A stretch of 64,000 nt of DNA from an uncultured Planctomycetota bacterium (GCA_963845755.1 CAWJTV010000005.1:352001-416000), one strand, 5' to 3'; shown: positions 21,869-32,729, counted from the stretch's first letter. The notes: generated by a model not told the origin, from the letters alone. Translations and numbers: made by a program.

Positions 21869-22585
21869 ATGGCTCACAAGCTTCTCCGTACCTCTGTGGC
21901 GACCGGCGTGCTATCGCTCCTCTTCCTGGGTATGAGTCCCGCCGCACGAGCGGGCATCATCATCAGTGCCTCGGTAGGCGGTGCCCCGACGGGAGTCAAC
22001 TATGCAAATTTCGATAACCTGCCGCTAAACAATACGGGTGGCGTCAGTAACGGAGTCACTGTGTCTTTCGGCGGGGATGCCCAGGCGGTGCAGGGCTCAT
22101 CATCGGGAGTGTTTGCCGCTCCCTATCTCTCCAGCGGCAACGGTACACTGTTCGGTGATCCCAATAACGGGCCCGACACGACGACCTACCTCACGACCGG
22201 CATCGGCTCGGTTACTCTCAATCTACCGGGCGAGGAGATGTATATCGGCCTTCTTTGGGGTTCCGTGGACGCCTACAACACGCTGAGTCTCTACGATGGT
22301 GCCAACCTGGTCGGGACGATCACGGGGACCGACGTGACGTCCAATGCCAACGGCGATCAAGGCGAATTTGGGACGTACTATGTGAATATCAATTCCACGA
22401 CGGATTCCTTTGACAGAGTCGTGGCCACGAGTTCGTCATACGCCTTCGAGTTCGACAACGTCGCATTCAACCCGACAGCGGTTCCAGAGCCCTCCTCGTT
22501 CATCCTGATGTTCGTCGGGGCGATGGGTTTGGTCACCTATAAGCAACTACGTCGGAAGGCTTTGGCGACCGCGGGCAATGTCTGA
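21869..22585 (+). CDS. PEP-CTERM exosortase-sorted surface protein (Npun_F0296-like)
   Basis: Signal peptide (..PAARAG), YIGLLWGSVDAYNTL, AFEFDNVA, C-terminal VPEPSS followed by a TM and RRK. Confidence 0.92.
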   Translation: MAHKLLRTSVATGVLSLLFLGMSPAARAGIIISASVGGAPTGVNYANFDNLPLNNTGGVSNGVTVSFGGDAQAVQGSSSGVFAAPYLSSGNGTLFGDPNNGPDTTTYLTTGIGSVTLNLPGEEMYIGLLWGSVDAYNTLSLYDGANLVGTITGTDVTSNANGDQGEFGTYYVNINSTTDSFDRVVATSSSYAFEFDNVAFNPTAVPEPSSFILMFVGAMGLVTYKQLRRKALATAGNV

Positions 22586-22631
22586 TGCCGCCAGACCTTC
22601 CAGGACCGGGGATGCAGTGATTCATGGCAGT

Positions 22632-22687
22632 GCAGAGGGCGTCGGGAGTCGAGGTCAAATCCCTCGGTTCTCACGCCTTCTCTCTGC
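22632..22687 (+). terminator. Long imperfect stem-loop downstream of the PEP-CTERM gene
   Basis: GCAGAG/CTCTGC, GGCGT/ACGCC and GGGAGTCGAGG/CCTCGGTTCTC nest into one hairpin; no clear U-tract. Confidence 0.4.
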
Positions 22688-23492
22688 TCATTCGATATCT
22701 TCGACGGCGGATATTCGATGAAGCCCTAAGGTTCGAAGTGTCAGGCGACACGGAATTCACCCCTTCGACGTGCACTGGACCTCGGGCCGATCCTGATCGA
22801 TGCTGCTCTGGACTCCACCAACCATCGTGGCCGGGAGAAAAGTCTCACGATCCTCCCACCTTTTCCAGCAACTTGGCATTGCGATCGATCGGAAGAATCC
22901 GGTCCAACCTGCGCCCCTCACGCAATTGCCACTTATCTCGCACGATCATCTGCGTCCGGATGTGATGGAACAGGCAATCACGGATCGCCGTGGCTCGCCG
23001 TCGGCGACGGCCTGCTCTCATCGGAGTCGGGGCGTGATGTGTAGGATCTCGGGCATCGAGCTTATTCCTTGTCCTTGGTGATCCTGACGACCCTGGCGTC
23101 CACGACCCGAATGGAACCGTGATCGCCTTTCGTGATGGCAAGGAGGTTGACCGTCTCGTCGGACTTCGACCTGAAGGGGCCTACCGGAAGCTCCTCGTGG
23201 AAGCCGGCGTCTCCTGAGGCAGCAGAAGAGGCCGGTCCGGGCGAGCGGGGGGCGACAGACCCCTGTCTTGGAGGTCCGTCGCTCACCGGACAGGGGGCTG
23301 ACGCCCCGCGCTCGCCCTTCTGGGACAGACTCGAAGAATCCGAGACGTCGAGCGATAACTCACGTAGAGTTCCCTGTGTAAAGCCTGGTTTAGAGATCGG
23401 AGTTTACACTCAAGCTGCGTCGTTTCAGTGTTGTCGACTATGGGCGCACTGGTGATCATCTTGGGCGTTCGAGTAACCGACGAGGCTTCGCG

Positions 23493-23945
23493 ATGAACTC
23501 CAAGTTGGTGAGCAAGTTGGCACCCTGGTGCGTCGTCATATTCGTGATCGGCGGCTGTGGGAGTATTCTCTACCCGCACATTCAAGGAAGCTTGGAGTAC
23601 CGCCGAGAGGTGGCTCCGTTCCACGCCGTAGGCGGATACGTGACCGCCACCGGGGGAGGCGATATGGGCCTCACGGCAGGGAGGGCGGGCATCGCATCAA
23701 TTCGCTTGCCTGAGAGTGTGGGCGATGGGGAACTTGCGGGCTTTGCCGAGCGAATGCAACGTTTCCCCAATCTTCGTGCGCTCTCCCTGTCGGGGCCAAT
23801 GGTGACTGATGCAGGTCTTGCACATCTCGTGGGGCTGGGGCAACTCCAGGAGCTCGTCCTGGATGGAACTCGCGTTACACAGAAGGGGAGGATAAATCTG
23901 GAGCGAGCGCTGCCCAAGCTGAAAATCGATGTGTACGGTCAATAG
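23493..23945 (+). CDS. Small membrane-anchored leucine-rich-repeat protein (planctomycete type)
   Basis: N-terminal TM; LRALSLSGPMVTDAGLAHLVGLGQLQELVLDGTRVTQKG..LERALPKLKI. Confidence 0.8.
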   Translation: MNSKLVSKLAPWCVVIFVIGGCGSILYPHIQGSLEYRREVAPFHAVGGYVTATGGGDMGLTAGRAGIASIRLPESVGDGELAGFAERMQRFPNLRALSLSGPMVTDAGLAHLVGLGQLQELVLDGTRVTQKGRINLERALPKLKIDVYGQ

Positions 23946-24153
23946 ACCGTTAAACCATAAATCTAGATTTACATTCGCTCGCCTACGCCGCATCGCCAAT
24001 TTATCAAGCCGCCGCTGCATCCGGTAGATGATAGGTGCATCCAGAGAGATTACGCGGAAGAGCTGCGACACGTTGTACTCCAGATCAGCGGCCATCACTC
24101 GTCTTGATGCAGGTTTTTGTGATCCTCGAGCGCTTTACGGTTGGCTCGCCCAC

Positions 24154-24235
24154 GAAGAATGGGTCAGGCACGCGGCGGGCGAATGCGATGGCCGACTTCA
24201 TGGGCCGGGCGGGCCAGGAGCCAGTCCCCTTTCTC
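24154..24235. repeat. Degenerate palindromic intergenic repeat
   Basis: GAAGAATGGGTCAGGCAC ... GAGCCAGTCCCCTTTCTC are imperfect inverted ends. Confidence 0.4.
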
Positions 24236-24307
24236 CTCTGGGGGAATGCCGGCACTCCGTACGCGATCCCGTCCGGGAGGTGTGATGCCCCGATCGGTGG
24301 GAGGGAT

Positions 24308-24446
24308 CTCGTTCCCACGGTCTCCGTGGGAATGCCGTCTGGGACGCTTTGCGTCCCTCGCGCCTGAGTCCATCTCGCCTCCGCCGGTCGGGTCGGACGA
24401 CGCGGAGCGTCGAGGACGGCATTCCCACGGGGACCGTGGGAACGAG
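24308..24446. repeat. REP/REPIN-like 139-bp element with 32-bp terminal inverted repeats
   Basis: CTCGTTCCCACGGTCTCCGTGGGAATGCCGTC (24308-24339) matches the reverse complement of 24415-24446 with one mismatch; each arm is itself palindromic; inner GGGACGCTTTGCGTCCC and GACGCGGAGCGTC hairpins. Confidence 0.85.
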
Positions 24447-25032
24447 GGACTCCGGACCCGGGGGTGGTCTCGCACGCAACGTCCCGAAAATCCAGTGGAT
24501 TTCACAGGGTCCTATCGTGAAGTTGACGACTATGCCCTTTCTCCTCCGCCCCTCCTCATGCGAATGCAAAGCGCTCTATTGAGCCGCCATTGAGCCGCTG
24601 ACGCCATTGAGTCGCTGTCATGTCAGTGGAGAGCGGGCGGTACGTAGCCAGGCGGTCCGCCTCGCCAGCATTCCTGGCGTCACCAAATTTGACGAATACC
24701 TCGTTCACCTGGTGCTACCTGCTTGTGACCGTGTTGAGTGCCTGCCCGATGCCGGATCCGGGTCCGGACGTTCGATCTCCGCCGCGTCGTTGCCCGTGTG
24801 GTTCGGCGGCGTTATGATGAGGATACGGACTGGGTACAGGAGAGAGCACTGCGGCCGCCTCTGCACAAGGGTAGTGGGCATTGGAACACAGGAGGGCGAG
24901 CCTCGGTCCGAGCCGCAGTGTGGCGAACGCTAGCCGCAACGCGTCCACTTCCGAGCGAAATCTGGCCTTCTCTCCTCGGCAGAATACTCAGTTCGCCGCC
25001 TGGCGGGGACTTGGGAGTCCCCGGGAGACTCG

Positions 25033-28000
25033 ATGATGAGCCGTGATGACGCCGGACCGGACCGCGACGCGACTCAACCCACCGTCCCGCAGGGTCCGAG
25101 CACCAGTTGCCTCATGGGGGACGCCCCAGCCCACGCGAAGGCCGACGGCCTTGTGGCCGGCGCCGTGCCAACCGCATTCGTCGAGCCAGCGCCCGCATCG
25201 GTCACGAAGGTAACCGGGGGACGAGACTCGCTGGCCGAGACACTCGGCGTCCGTGCGCCGGTCCTGCTGCAAGAGACCGAGGGCGCCGATGAGGCCGATC
25301 CGCCACCTCGGCTGACCTCGAGTGCGGTGCCCGATCTGGCCCAGCGCTCGTCCCGACTGCAACTCTTCGACGAGATCGCCCGCGGCGGTATGGGGGCCGT
25401 CCTCAGGGGCCGTGACATGGATCTGGGGCGGGACCTGGCCGTCAAGGTCCTGCTGGAGAAGCACAGCGGAAGCCCCGACCTGGTACGTCGATTCCTCGAC
25501 GAGGCGCAGATCGCCGGCCAGCTCCAGCACCCGGGCGTCGTGCCGGTTTATGAGATGGGCGTCTTAGCCGACCGGCGGCCTTACTTCGCCATGAAACTGA
25601 TCAAGGGCGCACTCTGGCCGATCTCCTGGCCGCTCGTCGGTCACCGGGCGACGATCGGGCGCGCCTCCTCGGGATCTTCCAGCAGGTGGCCCAGACGGTC
25701 GCCTATGCGCACAGCCGTGGGGTGATCCACAGGGACCTGAAGCCTTCCAACATCATGGTCGGCGGTTTCGGTGAGGTCCAGGTCATGGACTGGGGCCTGG
25801 CCAAGGTCCTGGCGCACGGCGTCATCACCGACGAGCGCCGCGACGGCGCGCGCGATGCGGCCTCGGACACCGTGATCACCACGGCTCGGACAGGCTCGGA
25901 GGCCGATGCCTCGCTCGCCGGCTCGATCCTGGGCACGCCGGCCTACATGGCGCCCGAGCAGGCCCGTGGCGAGGTTGACCGGCTGGACGAGCGATGCGAC
26001 GTGTTCGCGTTGGGTTCGATACTCTGCGAGGTGCTGACCGGCCAGCCGGCCTACACTGGCCGCCATCTCGCCGAAGTCCAGCGCCGAGCGGCCCTCGGCG
26101 ACACGGCCGAGGCATTGGCCCTCCTGGCCGCCAGCGGGACTGACGACGGCCTGATCGGCCTGGCCCGCGACTGCCTGGCTCCCGAGGCCGAGGACCGGCC
26201 GAGGGACGCGGCGGCGGTCGCCGACCGACTGGCGGCCCACCTGTCCGGCGTGCAGGATCGGCTGCGGGCGGCCGAGCTGGACCGGGTCGCAGCGCTGGGC
26301 CGGGCCCGCCTGACCGTCACCCTGGCCGCCTCGGTGCTCACCATCGCCCTGATCGGCGGGGGCGGCTGGGAATGGTTGCGCCGGCAGCGGGCCGCCGGCC
26401 AGGAGCGGACGGCGCGCGAGGTCAATGCCGCACTGGCTGAAGCCTTGGTGCTCCGGGGCCGCGCTCACATCGGGGCGGACGGAGACCCGGCAGGGCTGGA
26501 CCTGGCCCTGGCCGAGGCGCAGTCGGGGCGCGTCGCTGTTGGCCCAAGGGGGTGGTGACGCTGAGCTGCGCGGCCGCGTTCAGTCCCTGGTGGACGGCCT
26601 CGTGCGAGAGCGCGACGAGGCCAAGGCACGGGCCGCCGCGGCGGAGCGGGACCGCCGCATGGCCGACCGACTCGTCGAGATCGAGGCCGACTTCAGTAAC
26701 CATACGGACCGGGCGCGGTTGCACTCGGAACTCGAATCGGCCTTTCGCGAATATGGGCTCGACTTCGTCGCCCTCACCGTCGCCGAGGCCAGGGCAAGGA
26801 TCGCCGGCAGTTCGATCGAAGACTCCCTGATCGATGGCCTTGACCGATGGATTTTCAATGCGAGGGCCACCGGGGATAAGGCCCGAGTGGATCAACTGGT
26901 TGCCGTCGCCGACGTCGCGGATCGCGATCCCTGGCGGAAGTGGCTGCGCACCGCGCTCGGCCGCGGACAGCTCGAGGAACTGCGTCGGCTCGCCGCGACG
27001 GCGGATCTCGAGCGACTGCCCAAGGTGAGCGCCAGTCGCCTCGCATTCGCCTTGAGGTTCAACGACGATGCCGCGTCTGCTGTCGCCCTGTTGCGGAAGG
27101 TCCAGCGACGCAACCGGGGGGACTTCTGGGCAAATTTTGACATGGCCGAGAGCCTGCTCATGATGAGACCGCCATCGATCGAGGAGGCCATCCAGTATTT
27201 CCGGGCCGCGGTCGCCCTCCGACCCCGAGGTGCCATCGGCCTGGAGTTCCTCGGAAGGGCACTGGCAGAGAGTGGGAAGACGGACGAGGGGATCGAGACC
27301 TGCCGTGAGGCAATCCGACTCCAGCCGACCTACTACCTTGCCCGCATGACCCTCGCCAACGTCCTCCGCGGCGCCGGGCAGTTGGAGGATGCGATCGCGG
27401 AATACAAGGAAGTGGTCCGCATGCGGCCCGACGATGCTTGGGTCCACAGGAATCTGGCAGATTTGCTGTACTCGATGCGTCGATACGACGAGGGGATTGA
27501 CGCCTATCGCGAAGTGATCCGCCTCGATCCCCGCTTGTCGGTCCTGGATCGCCGGCTGACAGCGGTCTTCCGCGGCGACGATCGGCCCACTGGAGACGCC
27601 GAACGACTCGAGTTCGCCCATCTCTGCATGATGAAGGGCCTGCACGCGGCGTCCGCCCGTCTCCGCGAGTCCGCCTTCGTGTCCTCGCCGGGACTCGCCA
27701 ACGACTTGAAGACCTATGCCCGCTATAACGGGGCCTGCTCGGCATCCCTGGCCGCCACCGGCCAGGGTCGGGACGACCCGCCGCCCGACAAGGCGGAGCG
27801 GGCCCGGCTGAGGCACCTCGCCCTCGACTGGCTCCGCGCCGACTTATCCGAATGGCAGAGACGGCTTGAGACAAACCCGAAGACCGCCCCGGCGGTTGCG
27901 GGCAATCTTCGGCACTGGCGCTCCGACCCCGACCTAGACGGCGTCCGAGACGCCCAGGCCCTGACCGGCCTGGCCGAGTCCGAGCGCCGTGACTGGCGGG

Positions 28001-28053
28001 CCCTCTGGACCGACGTTAACCGCACGCTGTTGCGAACAGCGAAGAGCCCATAA
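25033..28053 (+). CDS. Ser/Thr protein kinase with TM and TPR C-terminus; frameshifts near 25608 and 26521
   Basis: [46 protein letters not shown] repeats and [19 protein letters not shown] tail. Confidence 0.9.
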
Positions 28054-28094
28054 GCGACGTCCCATTTCGGGCTCCCCTCTTCTTCTCATCAGGA

Positions 28095-28961
28095 TTACTC
28101 GCGCGGCGGTTTTCCGGTCCCGGCCTTTCTGATGTGCCGCCAACCCATCGCGACCGCGGTGACGAGATGGCCCGACTTGGGGTGCTCCGGCTCAATGTCG
28201 ACCGGCAAGCCGTGCGCGCGGAGGGTGGCCGAAGTCGTCGGCCCGATCGAGCCAATAACGACATGCTCCGCCATCGCGGCGCGAACGCCGTCCTCGATCC
28301 CCTCGGCCGCCGAGACCTGGAGCACGTGCTCGACCTGCTGGGCCGACGTGAACAGGGCGGCGCCGATGCGGCGTTCGGCGATCTCCGTCAAGGCGGCACG
28401 GAGGGGGCCAGTGTCCTCGGGTAACGCCCATCGGTAGACCGGGACGCGGGTCACCACGGCGCCGCGACGTTCCAGACCCTCGGTCAGCTCGGGGACCGGC
28501 TGACCGTATTCCTGAACGGCGACCCGCAAGCCCGCCACCGGCAGCCGGGCGTCGAGCAAGGCGAGCGTCTCGTGCCAGGTGTTGGGCTCGGGAACCTGGA
28601 AGTCGAGCGAGGCGCCGAGCTCGCGGAGCGCCGCCGCCGGCTTGGGCCCGCGGGCGATCACCTTCGTCTGGCTCAGGGCCTTGGCCCATTCCGCTCTGGG
28701 AAGTCGAGGGCCCAGCGCCTCGGCGAGATACCGCACGCCCACGCCGGTCTCGAAGATCACGACATCGAAGCGACCGGCCAGAAGGCCGTCGGCGAACGAT
28801 CGGGCCTCCACATTATCCCCGAGGGGGACCTCCCGGAGCGCGGGGGCCGCGACGGGGATTCCGCCTTGCCGGGCCACCAGGTCGGCCAGGGCTCCCGCCA
28901 TCCGGGCCTCGAAGATCGCCACGCGCAGACCATCGAACGGGGTCAACGAAGCGGTGCTCAT
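28095..28961 (-). CDS. hemD: Uroporphyrinogen-III synthase (HemD-like)
   Basis: GLRVAIFEAR, APALREVP, VIFETGVG, ARGPKP, VPVYRW, FTSAQQV, SIGPTTS. Confidence 0.85.
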   Translation of the reverse strand: MSTASLTPFDGLRVAIFEARMAGALADLVARQGGIPVAAPALREVPLGDNVEARSFADGLLAGRFDVVIFETGVGVRYLAEALGPRLPRAEWAKALSQTKVIARGPKPAAALRELGASLDFQVPEPNTWHETLALLDARLPVAGLRVAVQEYGQPVPELTEGLERRGAVVTRVPVYRWALPEDTGPLRAALTEIAERRIGAALFTSAQQVEHVLQVSAAEGIEDGVRAAMAEHVVIGSIGPTTSATLRAHGLPVDIEPEHPKSGHLVTAVAMGWRHIRKAGTGKPPRE

Positions 28962-29290
28962 GATCGGCAAGCTCACCTCGGTGCATGAGTCGCTCAGCAA
29001 GGAAGGCTCTTGCGACGGCATCGGCATCGCCCAGAGCGGAGCGCGGGACGCGAACGACTGCCACAGCTCGCCCGCCCTCTGACACAAAGATACCCTGCCA
29101 CCCTCGGCTTACGAAAGCCAGCGTTCGGCCCTTATGGGGTGCGCATCGACAATGCGTTGTCGATATCACGGTCGAGTCTAGGAGGGGGCTCTGTCCCCCG
29201 ACCGCAGATCGCCGGACGGAGCCGGCTCCTCGGGGACTGCCCCGCAAAGGTCACTTTTTCGGACGCAGTCGGTCCCGACCACCCACATTG

Positions 29291-31738
29291 CTATTTCGCC
29301 GCCAGTTTGCTCAGGCGGACCAGGCGATTCTTGACGAGATTGCGCGCCACGGCGTTTTCGGGATCACGGGTCGCGGCTTCGCCCGCGGCCTCGAGCGACT
29401 TTCGCTCCCACCCGATCACGGGTTCACCGTCCACGCGATAGGCATATTTCGCTCTTTGAAGATATCCTTCGCTCAGAAGCATGTACGGAGCGGCTTGACC
29501 GGGGTAGGATCGCCTGAGCCGTTCCGCCAGCGCGACCAGACGATCGGCAATCCGGAGGGTCTCGCTGAGTTTGTCGACCTGCCTTTGCCTCGCGAGCGTG
29601 TCCACGTAAGGGATCCACATCTGCCAGACGATTGCGGGAATCTGGGTGTGATCGAGATGAAACGTCGCCGCATCGGTCTTGATCAAGACGATGACACGAT
29701 CCACCCAGGCCTCGTTGGACCGGTCCTCGGGTATGAGCCAATGTGGCCTGACAATCGACGGCAGCCAGCCAATCCGCCTCGCCGCCAATTCAGCGAGGTT
29801 CCATTCCAGATCGGGGATCGGGCCGTTCGCCTGCTGCTGGTAGGCCCCGGATACAGGGCGCTTGAACTCGCCATGCCATTGACCGAGCGCCGCAAGTGTC
29901 AACGCTTCGCTCAGGACGAATCCGGGAAACGCGGTTTCCGCATCCGGTGCGGACCTGAGGAAATCGAGGTCTTTTTCGAACTCCTTCCGCGCGCGCTCAG
30001 AGTCCCCCGCCAACATAAGGCGATTCGCGTACCGACGTTGCCAGCGGCTGACTTCAAACATCCCCCAAACATGGACGTCAGGGGGTGATTTCAATCGGCC
30101 CAGCGTCGCGATCGCTCGGGCGTGCCATTGTTGATAAAGCTGGTCGTTCTTGGAGTCGCTATGATAGGCCATCGCCATCCAGTTGACGTCCGAGAACAAT
30201 CGACTTTGGATCTGCACGTCGTCGGGATTGCGGGCGAGGTATGCCTCGCAATAGCTGATAGATTCCTCCATGAGCGACTTGCCCTCGTCCGGCTTCCCAT
30301 CGCCGAAATAGACTGCAGCGAGATAACCATCGATCGTGGCGAGTCGCTTCAGGTCGCTGGCGTCGGGAGTGGATCGTTTCGAGAGCTCGATTCCCTGCGA
30401 GCGGGCGAGTTCCAGGGTTTTCTCGAGTTCCTGGCCCGAATGGATCGACGAAACATAAATTCGTGAATCGGACATGATCCTGACGATCTCATCCAGCGAT
30501 CGCGCGGCCACTTGGTAATTCGCCTCGGATCGCAACCGCATCGCCTCGGATCGCAACCGCATCGCCTCGGATCGCCGCCACAGCGCGAACAACCCCAGCA
30601 GCCCTCCGAGCACCGTCAACAACAGAGTCGCCGTCAGTGCGGCAACCACGGGTTGACGCCGGCACCAGCGCCAGGCGTGCTCGACCGGGGAAACGGGCCT
30701 CGCCTCGAGCGGTCGGCCTTCGAGGAAGCGGTCCAGGTCGTCCGCCATGGCTTCGGCTGCGGCGTAGCGGCGCGAGGGGTGCTTCTCCAGGCACTTGAGG
30801 GCGATGGTTTCCAGGTCGCGGGGAATCTTCGGATTGAGTCGCCGTGGGGACACGGGATTCTGGCCCCGGACTTGATCCAGCGTTTCCAGCGTTGACGTCC
30901 CCTGGAACGGTGGGCGGCCGGTCAGCAGCTCGTAGAGGATGGCTCCCAGGGCATGAATATCGGCCGCCGCGCCGATGCCGGCTCGGGATGCGGTGGTCTG
31001 CTCGGGCGCCATGTACGAGGGCGTCCCCCGGAGGCCCGCCAGGCTGATCTCCGATGCGTCGAAGTCGCCATGAGAGCGAGCGAGGCTGAAATCCGAGATC
31101 CGGGGAGTCACCCGCTCCCATGGGTCATCGTCCTTGCAGTCCAGGAGGATGTTGGAGGGCTTGAGGTCGAGATGGAGCAGGCCGCAGCCGTGGAGGTGAC
31201 CGACTGCGCGCGCGATGGTCTCCATCAGTCCGGCCGCCACGCGGGGCGGCAGGGGATCGGCGAGTCTTTGCTTGAGTGTGCCGCCGGGGATGTATTCGAG
31301 CACGAGGAAGAAACACCCGTCCGCCTCGCCGTAGTCATAGAGGGGCACGACGTCGGGGTGCCGGATCCTCGATACCGCACGCGCCTCGCGCAGCCAGCGG
31401 CGGCGCGGGCCCGCACTCGCGTCCGGGCCCAGGGCGCCCGGCAGGATCTTGAGGGCGACCAGCCGATCGAGGCCGGTTTCCATCGCCAGGTAGACCACAC
31501 CCATCGCACCGCGGCCCAGCCTGGACTGGATCTCGAAGCCCGGAATGTGCGGCCATCCCTCCGGACCGGGCGCGGCGAGTGTGGCATTGGGGCGCCGATG
31601 GGCGAGCCGTTCCAGGACCGCCTTGCATTCCGGACAGCCCTCGACGTGTGATTCGATCGCGGCGTACGTGGCATCACCGAGGGCATCGGTACCGAGGAAT
31701 CGCAAGGTTGCCTCGCCGGGGCAGGACGTCATGGTCAT
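29291..31738 (-). CDS. Ser/Thr protein kinase with N-terminal HxxxCxxC zinc-finger (ZAS-like), TM and helical C-domain
   Basis: ESHVEGCPEC; LGRGAMG, VALK, HLDLKPSN, DFSLA, GTPSYMAPE; WCRRQP followed by a TM. Confidence 0.93.
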   Translation of the reverse strand: MTMTSCPGEATLRFLGTDALGDATYAAIESHVEGCPECKAVLERLAHRRPNATLAAPGPEGWPHIPGFEIQSRLGRGAMGVVYLAMETGLDRLVALKILPGALGPDASAGPRRRWLREARAVSRIRHPDVVPLYDYGEADGCFFLVLEYIPGGTLKQRLADPLPPRVAAGLMETIARAVGHLHGCGLLHLDLKPSNILLDCKDDDPWERVTPRISDFSLARSHGDFDASEISLAGLRGTPSYMAPEQTTASRAGIGAAADIHALGAILYELLTGRPPFQGTSTLETLDQVRGQNPVSPRRLNPKIPRDLETIALKCLEKHPSRRYAAAEAMADDLDRFLEGRPLEARPVSPVEHAWRWCRRQPVVAALTATLLLTVLGGLLGLFALWRRSEAMRLRSEAMRLRSEANYQVAARSLDEIVRIMSDSRIYVSSIHSGQELEKTLELARSQGIELSKRSTPDASDLKRLATIDGYLAAVYFGDGKPDEGKSLMEESISYCEAYLARNPDDVQIQSRLFSDVNWMAMAYHSDSKNDQLYQQWHARAIATLGRLKSPPDVHVWGMFEVSRWQRRYANRLMLAGDSERARKEFEKDLDFLRSAPDAETAFPGFVLSEALTLAALGQWHGEFKRPVSGAYQQQANGPIPDLEWNLAELAARRIGWLPSIVRPHWLIPEDRSNEAWVDRVIVLIKTDAATFHLDHTQIPAIVWQMWIPYVDTLARQRQVDKLSETLRIADRLVALAERLRRSYPGQAAPYMLLSEGYLQRAKYAYRVDGEPVIGWERKSLEAAGEAATRDPENAVARNLVKNRLVRLSKLAAK
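30520..30575. repeat. 21-bp tandem repeat (about 2.7 copies) encoding RSEAMRL heptads
   Basis: TCGCCTCGGATCGCAACCGCA twice, plus TCGCCTCGGATCGC. Confidence 0.9.
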
Positions 31739-31762
31739 CAGCCCTCCTCGATCGAATGGCCA

Positions 31763-32401
31763 TCACGAACCGGCCGGCCAGCACTCCGACGCGAGCCGGC
31801 CTTCGTCTCGGAGCATCCGGGCCACCCGCTCCCGGGCGGCGTACACCGCGGCGTGGGTCATCCTCAGGGCCTGGGCAGTCTCTTCCACCGTCCAGTCGCA
31901 GACGGCGACCAGGCGGAACGCGTCCCACGTCCAGGGCTTGACCTTCGCTCTCACCGCCGCCTGGACCTTCTCGGCCTCGTCGAGCAGGAAGCGCCGAAAC
32001 CGGTCAGTGGCCCCGTCCTCCTGATCCCTCTCGGCGGAATCGATGTCCGCCTCACGCACGATTGACCCGGCTTCGTCATCGCGATCGTCGAGGGTGAAGT
32101 GACCGCCGGCGTGCCGTTGACGTAAGAAGTCGACGACCCGCGATTCGCACATTCGCCTGAGCCAGCCGCGGAACGTGCGGCGCGGGTCGTATTCGAATGT
32201 CCTCATCCGGTCCGCCAGCTCGATCCAGACGCGCTGGCAGACCTCGTCGATGGAATTCTCGTCCAGGCCATAGCCGCGGCACCAGGTCCGCAGGTAGGGA
32301 TCGTAACGGTCCCGGAACTTGATCCAGGCCGGATGATCTCGCCAGTCCGAGACCTCGCGAAGCAGCATCGGGCTTGTGGAGGCGTCTGCGACCAGACTCA
32401 T
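31763..32401 (-). CDS. ECF sigma-70 factor, kinase-associated planctomycete type
   Basis: TSPMLL..AWIKFRDRY, FEYDPRRTFRGWL, region 4 ETAQALRMTHAAVYAARERV; directly upstream of the kinase. Confidence 0.9.
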   Translation of the reverse strand: MSLVADASTSPMLLREVSDWRDHPAWIKFRDRYDPYLRTWCRGYGLDENSIDEVCQRVWIELADRMRTFEYDPRRTFRGWLRRMCESRVVDFLRQRHAGGHFTLDDRDDEAGSIVREADIDSAERDQEDGATDRFRRFLLDEAEKVQAAVRAKVKPWTWDAFRLVAVCDWTVEETAQALRMTHAAVYAARERVARMLRDEGRLASECWPAGS

Positions 32402-32729
32402 CGCTGTGTGCTCCCTGCACGGAAAGAGCCACGATTAAACGAGTTGGGGACGCTGAGGTCGTTCTTTTCGAGATCCGTGTCGAAACGATTCGTAAACCAG
32501 ATAGAGGAAGATCCTTCGAGCGCAGTCTCCCTGAATTGCATTCATGTGAAATCCTAATGCCTGGCCGGGAGCAACGCAACGGGAAGGACTTCGATTCCGC
32601 GCTGTCCGACGATCGACCAGACCAAGAGTTGCCGCCTGTTGGCGTCTGGAAGCGAGTAGAACTTTCGTTCGATTGTGGTTTGTGCGTTCTGGAGCAGAGT
32701 CGCTAATCCTTCCATGGGCGAGGTACGCC

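Noticed and set aside
22690..23490. Short ORFs or a transposase remnant
   Set aside because: No DDE/HUH motifs, terminal repeats or convincing coding signal.
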